In this document: positions 57,007 through 64,000 of the stretch, one piece after another
How the letters are laid out: every line of letters starts with the position of its first letter
Numbering within the stretch: position 1 is the first letter of the stretch
Assembly: GCA_038496445.1 (NCBI GenBank)
Contig: JALMLS010000440.1
Span: forward strand, 255,197 to 319,196
Length of the DNA: 64,000 nt
Direction of reading: 5' to 3'
DNA from: Trichosphaerium sp. ATCC 40318
Lineage: Eukaryota; Protista; Tubulinea
The notes under the pieces: generated by a model
Databases searched by the model: none
What the model saw: only the letters and a program-made list of their open reading frames with translations
What the model was told of the DNA's origin: nothing
Position numbers and translations under genes: made by a program

Positions 57007-57964
57007 ATATTGCTGGTATTGAGACCACCTCTGTTAGTATGTTGGCAATTATTTACTTCTTATGCAAGTATCCTGAATATCAAGATGACATATCTTCAGA
57101 AGTTGATTCTGTTCTTTCAAAGGAAAATCCAGGCTACAACGACTTTTTTGATTTACAACATTCGTCTGGATTTGTTTATGAAACAATGCGTTATTTCGGT
57201 CCAGTACCATTCACTAGAGTGAGTGCTAAAAATTCAGTTGTTCTCAAATCAAAGCATGGAGGTACGAGTACTTGTTATGGTGGTAAATAAACACGTGCTT
57301 ACAGTTGTGATAGATTTTGAAATAGAGAAAGGAGGATATATTTTCACAAATTGGCAAGCTGGTGTTTTGATGAATCCGAAGTTCTATAAGGATCCAACGG
57401 CTTTTAATCCATCTAGATATAGTCAAGGAGGTATGGAATATTGTTTTCAAGGGTTTTCAGGCTTAAGATATCTTTAGAAAAAGTTCCACGTGTTGCTTTT
57501 GGTGGAGGTGCCAGAATTTGCCTTGGTTATAATTTAGCTGATATTGAAATGATCGTATTCACTTCTCTATTGTGCCATAATTTCAAGGTATCCTTTTCGT
57601 CTGAAGCACCTAAGCAAGAACCCAATGGATTACGGAGAGTTCCAGATTTCACAATAGTACTTGAAACCAGAAAACAATAAGAATTAGGAATAAAATTGTA
57701 AGAGGCACACCTCAATCTTAAGATGAAGTTGCCAAAGCGCTTTCTGGTGCTCATATGATTAATCTTACCTATACTTCAGTTACAGATGAAGGTATACCTA
57801 TAACGTGGCTAAGTAAGGTTGATACAGTAAAACAGAGCTCAATTGAACGCTATCAAAACAAGTTTGGACTGCAGCATAATTCCAGTAACTTTTTTCAAAA
57901 CTACATGGCTTAGCACTTAACTACTTGAAAAGCAAGTTGTTCAAAACGAACGTGTTTATTGAGG

Positions 57965-58447
57965 TTAACATTGAATACTTCTACCAACTTTTAGTTTGAA
58001 TACTGGGGTATCAAAAGCCAATACATCAAAAGAAAATAAACTACATCCTAGTCCAGATACACAGCAAGAGTTTTGCATAATGATTCGATCAATCTTCTTT
58101 TCTCCAGCATCCTTAAGAAAACGAACATTTGCTCTCACTTTGTATGTAGTATCAGGATGAGATTGGACCTTATAGATAAGCTCTGTATCGAAGGTGCACG
58201 CATTGCTAGTATGGTCACCTATTGTGATGTTTCCAAGGCGCCATGAAGTTTGCTTGTCAACTACCTTGTCAGGTTTTACTTCTACAATACCACCTTCACA
58301 GTTGAACTGCTTAGAGTAGATTTGAGTGTCATCTAATAATTCGAGAACAGCAAGTCCTTCTGGCACTTCATTGTTGAGTAAAAACTCTATGGAAAGTGCA
58401 CTGGTACATACGAATACAGCAAGAAAAGTAGTAATGATGATGTTCAT
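57965..58447 (-). CDS. Single-exon secreted hypothetical protein
   Basis: 160-aa ORF with signal MNIIITTFLAVFVCTSALS; AATAAA overlaps the 3' end. Confidence 0.65.
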   Translation of the reverse strand: MNIIITTFLAVFVCTSALSIEFLLNNEVPEGLAVLELLDDTQIYSKQFNCEGGIVEVKPDKVVDKQTSWRLGNITIGDHTSNACTFDTELIYKVQSHPDTTYKVRANVRFLKDAGEKKIDRIIMQNSCCVSGLGCSLFSFDVLAFDTPVFKLKVGRSIQC

Positions 58448-58720
58448 CCTTAAATTTTGTCATGTGACACAGAAAACTTGTTGTTTTTCAGAATTGTTTA
58501 ACACAGTTTTGGCCTGTTTGAAGTGTCAACATAATATCACTGGTTACTGCACATAGCCTAAAAATACGTCCTAGAAAAATGAGAAAAACATGTTAGGTCT
58601 TGAATATTTAGGACACAAACGTTTACAAAAAAGGAAGCATAGTCAGAACGTGGTCAACACATTTTTAGCTAAAAATGTCTAATCTATCAGTTTTTATCTT
58701 TGTTGACAACACGTGCATGA

Positions 58721-59350
58721 ATGGCAAACAATAAATCAGTCTCAAATAACGACACAACCCTATTATTACCTGTAGAGCTTACCTACCATATTGTAGATCA
58801 AATAAGGTCAAAAAAACAGTTTAACGTTTTTAAATCATTAAACACAATGTACCATGATATAGTCACCAAGAACTTACTCTACAGGGTAACCTTGAAGATA
58901 GAATGACTTATTTTAACACTTATTAGCGTTTTTGTGTTGAAAAGAAAGGTTTTTTTGTATACAGAAGGATGAAGAGATATGCAATACTGGACATTAATGG
59001 ATTACTAATTTACAGAGTACGATGAAGTTCTATTGTTGAACTTACTGAATTAAATGCCAGTCTGCACTTGGTATTAAAAAGCTGGAGCACATCAAGTTTT
59101 CTGATATGATACATGTGCAAAATGAACCTCTAGTATACTCAGTTTGGTCACACTCTTGGTCCGTTAAGTTTCTACAAGAGACAACTCGAAAAGAGACTAT
59201 AAGATTTTATAGCATTAAAACTGAAGAACAAGCACGTGATTTTTATCTAGATTTTATAGTGTTGCCTTTTTAATGTTCTTTAACTCTTTGAATAGAAACA
59301 AGATTGGTTGTATCATATACAACTAGGATGGGACTTGTCAATTGAACACA
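58721..59350 (+). pseudogene. Degraded gene remnant with F-box-like start
   Basis: LLLPVELTYHIVDQI resembles an F-box; downstream frames contain stops. Confidence 0.3.
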
Positions 59351-59788
59351 ATAAATCTCAATAATTATTGAGTTGATCAACTAATTAGTGTTTTATCTTG
59401 CCTGTATTTGCGTTGGTATTGCTGTCACGTTGAAAGTGCTGTAGTAATTTTGTTGCTCAATGCCACTTAAGATAAATAACATCTCTTAAACCAAGGCGTA
59501 AGTAATACAGAACCAAATAAAGTCACTCCAAGGTTGTTGTCTATCACACATTAATTGGCATCATATCAAGTTTTGTTACATGTGCTATCACTGTAAGCTA
59601 CGGTAGCTTAGATGTTCTAACAGGTAGCGTTTTAGAGAAGTTTTACGTTAGACATCAGCTGGATGGGTTATTTGGTGAGTTGTTTTATTGCACAGCGATC
59701 ATGAAGAGTACAAAGGAAGGTTTGATGTGTTTAAACTGAAATACATCGTGATTGTTGTTAACAACTGAGAAGGTCATTGACCACAAAC

Positions 59789-62429
59789 CTAACACCAAGG
59801 CGCCCATATTTTTCCGGCTACTGGATCACTTGGGTGTACAATAGGTCCACACTCAGGATCTAGAGGAGAAAACATCAGCTAAAATTGCGTACAGGCTTTT
59901 AGAATAAAAGGTCACTTACCTGGATGTCCTGTTGGAACGCCAGATTCATCTATTTCTTTTAATCTAGCAAGCAATGTCTTAACAACATCAGGATTTTCAG
60001 CAGCAACATCATGATGCTCTGTAGGATCAGTGGACAAGTCGTATAACTCAACATTTAATTGCGGAAGACTATCATGCCCAGATCCAGAAGTACAGTACCT
60101 AATTCAAAGAAAATAAGTTAAATCACGTGCCCCAAAAAAGGAGAAAAAAACACGAAAGGAAGAAAGTTCAGATTACCCGTAGAGCCTCTTTGTATTTGAA
60201 ACGCTTTTGAATAAGTTGCATTGTGATGTTTCTAGATTTAGTGTCCATGCATTACATGAAGTGTTCTTCATACATGAATCGCAACAAAGAGTTTCAGTGC
60301 TTGAAGCAACTTTTTGGAAAGGTGTTTCTGTGAAACAAACACCAGCAACTGTCTGACATTGAAGAAGAGGATTTAAAGCGTATAAAGGAGCTGTTAGATT
60401 AACAGGAGCATACCATCCATCAGGTGTTCCTATGGTTTGCAGTTACATATAATGAAGGAAAAGTGGATTTAGATTTACCTCCAGATTGTTGTAGAAGTTT
60501 CCATTTTCCTACACGAATGCCTCTGTTCATACTTGGCTTATCATCAACGCCGTAAAGTACTTCATTACGAACTGCTTTTCCAGAATTTGAAATAGAATCC
60601 CATTGATCGACACCTAGAGAAGCACAAGGTTAAGTAAAGCAAGTAACAAAAAACAAAATAAAAACGCTTTCATTTGATTTGTGGTCGCTAATGCGTACCA
60701 TCTAGATCTGAAGGTGCCTTAGCACCTGCTATACTTGATAGCGTTGGCAGCCAATCAGCAGAATGCATCATGTTATTGTTCGTGTAGGCTGTTTTCGCCA
60801 ACATTGTACCATGAACTAAAGCTGTTCCTCTTGTACCACCTTGTGTTGTTAGCGCTTTTAAGTGCTATATTACTGATAACTACTACCTTCCCAAACACTG
60901 TGCTTTCCACCGCGAAGAGGCCAGTTCCTTGAACCTACCGCATCATTTGTAGTAGTAGGTCCTAAACACAACGACCATCAGTACAATAACTCGAGTCATT
61001 AGACAAAATAAGGAATCTCACCGCCATTATCAGTTGTGAATACAGTAAATGTGTTTTCCCACATTCCTTTCTTCTTTAGCGCAGCTGTTACATTTCCCAA
61101 TCCTGTAAAAAATAACTTGTTAAGCCAATTCCTGTGTTTCAAAAAAAAAGTAACAAAACCAATGAAACCAAAGACAAATATTTTAATTCCTTTCACTTAG
61201 TTATAGTTGAAAAAGTATTTCAATAGAACACAGACTCAATAGACTGGCAATACGCATAAAAAACATATTTTTGATTACGTTAACACGAGAAAATAATGAG
61301 AAAACAAAAGAGATAAAAGTACCTTCGTCCATACAGCTAAGCATCCCAGCAAAAGTCCTGCGTTTCTTATTCTCTATAGTATGTATATACGGATCAACGT
61401 AAGACTTAGGAACTTGGGCAGGGGAATGTACAGCTTGATAAGCAAGATACATGAACAAAGGCTTTTCAGCATCATGCTTCTCAATCACCTATTTGCCTAG
61501 GCTTAGCGAGTAAAGAAAAATTACAATACTCACTTCTATTGCTCGTTCAGAAAACAGTGTTGTCGAGTACTTCCCAATAGCTTCTGAAGCTACTCTAGAA
61601 CATCCTTCACCACACCTTTGGAGCAAAGTCAGAAAGTGTTACATACTTTGAACGACAGAGAAAACGTACTGAGAAGAAGTGTCATCTCTGAAGTCATAGA
61701 ACCCACCTTCTTTGTGTTCGAAGTAACTCTCGCCTCCTGATTTCCCAGTTAAACACAAGCACAATTATATGGCCTAATTTTCTTACCTCCATAGTAACCG
61801 TAAAAGCTATTGAAACCTCTGAAAGTTGGTGTGTAATCCCATTTGTGAAATCCGAGATGCCATTTTCCAACTTAAAAAAAAACTAGTTAAGCCAACATTC
61901 TGTCAACACTTCAAAATCTTTTTGAACAAAAAAAAGCGTACTGGCGTGTGTTTCGTAGCCAGCTTCCTTTAATACATCAGCTGTGGTGTTTATATTCAAG
62001 GGTAATCCAAAAGCGCTTGTTGGAGGTATAACGTCATTAATGCCAGTGTGTAGAGGGTATCTAACACAAAAATAATTTATGAGAAAACTGCTGAAGAAAA
62101 AAAGACCGGTTTTCGCTTCTACGTACCTTCCACTCAAAAAAGTCGACCTTGTTGGAGAGCAAACGTCTTGTACGTAGTACTGGTTGAGTATAACTCCTAT
62201 TGGAGGTGGTTAAAACAGTCATTGTATAGCGCGAGAAATTATAAAAAAAACACGTGCCTTCGGCAGCTAAAGCATCAACATTAGGCGTATTTATTTGATG
62301 GGAGCGAAACCCCACATCGTCGAATCCAAGGTCATCCACTATAACGAAAAGTATGTGCGGTTGTTTAGCACTATAAGATAAAGCGCAAAACGCAAGAATG
62401 ATTGATAGGAAAAGCGCACTAGGTGGCAT
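59789..62429 (-). CDS. Arylsulfatase B/I/J-like sulfatase, multi-exon
   Basis: [18 protein letters not shown]; formylglycine motif CSPTR; GKWHLG; [12 protein letters not shown]; [14 protein letters not shown]; FTTDNGG; [11 protein letters not shown]. Confidence 0.93.
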
Positions 62430-62642
62430 AGTCAATCAACTTGTCAATTTACTTTTCCGTTGACTTTTTTTCACAACTCACAACCTCCCTTAACACCTTC
62501 GCGTCCAGTAACACTCAAAGTAGTCCAATTATTACGTATTTACTACTGTGGCAATACTGTTGACGTTTTGACGTCAACATAGATCGTTTATTTGAATCTA
62601 AAAGTACATTGATTCTGTTTTGTTCTTTTTTTTTTTGTTAGT

Positions 62643-63900
62643 TTACAATACCAAGTCATCTCCAAGAATATACTCAGAGGGTGTTGGTAAGTCTAGAAAA
62701 TCATCAATATCTGCACTTAAAAAAGGTTCCGAGATGCTATCTGGGCTGAAAGTAGGCAGTAAGTCAAGCATAGGGTTCTGTTCAACTGCGACTTGACCAG
62801 GAAGAGGAAGAAGAGGAGCGGCGGTAGTTTTTCTTGTTGTCAGCCCGAATAATGCATCAACAATCAAGCTCTTATCGTAGTCCAAACCGGTATCTGCTGC
62901 AAGTTGTACAAGCGACCTATAAGGGAAAAATTAATCCTGAGGTGGATACAATAAAACCAGAATTGCGCTAGCCTACGTGTAGGCAAAATGTCAAACAAAT
63001 TTTTGGTTTTCAGTCACAACAATCAACACGTGATGACTTGAAGTTAATGCAATGTGTCAATTTTATGTTATAGTATAACGTACGGTAATAAATGAGAAGC
63101 TTGAATTGAAAAGTTGGTGTGTAAATACGTGAATATCTAATAGTTTGTTAATATTAAGCTTTTCTTAAAATATTCTTACCTCTAAAAAGAAAGGAGCATC
63201 TCCTGAACGTATAGCTATTGCAGTTAAATCGTATAACATACAAGTAGTAGCTGGACATCTATCTTTGCAAGTTGGCGGTCGAATTAATTGAGAATAGGCA
63301 TCTTTCGCCAACTACAACAAAAAATAGAGTTAAGTGACGTAATACAATACTTGGCTTAGTCTGCCAAAAATATCTTGTACCTTCAATGCATACGTTATAT
63401 ATCCGCCTGAAAAATAAAGAATAGCTGTTATAAAATCAACTATAAAAGTCCATGATACTACAAGGCCATTTTTAACATCTTTACTAGTTATTGCTTTAAA
63501 AAAAGTTTTTACTCTCGTTAGATCATTCAAGTAAACAGCAAATTGATGCTCTGGCTAAACAAAGATGATCAGCGTCTTATACATGAATTAATAAGTTACA
63601 CTTACTATAGTTAATATCTGGAAGCCTCTAGGCCTACGAGCATCACTTGGACCTCGAGGTAGCTCCTGAGAAACAGAGAGCCAAATCTTTAAATTGTTAA
63701 TTTGTTATTGGGTTGCTACCGATGTTGAACTCTTACTTTACCAGCAATACTCCATATTACTTGAACGCCAAGTGGAAGAGATATGTTATCAGGATCATCA
63801 ATGAGGTGTGATATTGATTTATTAATTTTAATTATCTCTGCTAGGGCTTTAGGTCTAAAAAGAAAGTTTTTAGAAAAAAAAAACTAAAAAAGATGAAAGT
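62643..63900 (-). CDS. 3' part of a multi-exon hypothetical gene with an acidic Pro-rich C-terminus; the 5' end probably lies outside the window
   Basis: Minus-strand exon-like ORFs at 63330-63555, 63180-63310 and 62643-62915 with GT/AG ends. Confidence 0.5.
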
Positions 63901-64000
63901 AGTTTTACTTTGCCCTCAGTTCAGGTAGAGTAAAGCATAGCTAAACTACCACAAAATTGCGGGTAACTATTCACTGTGGTTAATTAATTTCGCACGTGCC

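Larger units (their letters stand above)
51178..57680 (+). pseudogene. Cytochrome P450 interrupted by a transposon
   Basis: N-terminal anchor and GPPGEPILGNI; WKRLRK; I-helix GLY-IAGIETTS split by the insertion; ETMR; FNPSRY; heme motif FGGGARICLG. Confidence 0.93.

Overview
AT-rich (about 35% GC), gene-dense eukaryotic nuclear DNA with many short spliceosomal introns (donors mostly GTACGT/GTAAGT/GTATGT, several GC-AG). Gene content suggests a free-living protist, possibly an amoebozoan. Exon models were built by hand and their boundaries are approximate. Genes: four intronless leucine-rich-repeat genes (three with an F-box-like N-terminus, one of them a pseudogene), a 7TM-like receptor, a secreted beta-helix protein, a TruB-type pseudouridine synthase, an ACAP-type BAR-PH-ArfGAP-ANK gene, a 2OG-Fe(II) dioxygenase, a cytochrome P450 and an arylsulfatase. 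Three things stand out. (1) A complete 4,691-bp piggyBac-like transposon with an ATAT target duplication has inserted into the P450 I-helix. Its intron-rich ORF appears to fuse a USP-like cysteine protease and a possible chromodomain to the DDD transposase. (2) A 17-kb gene encodes a filamin-type actin-binding domain, a very long acidic Ig-like repeat rod and a C-terminal four-TM anchor. (3) Two inverted head-to-head pairs of secreted-protein paralogs have hypervariable N-termini and a nearly constant DUF11-like/Cys-rich C-terminus, with signs of gene conversion.
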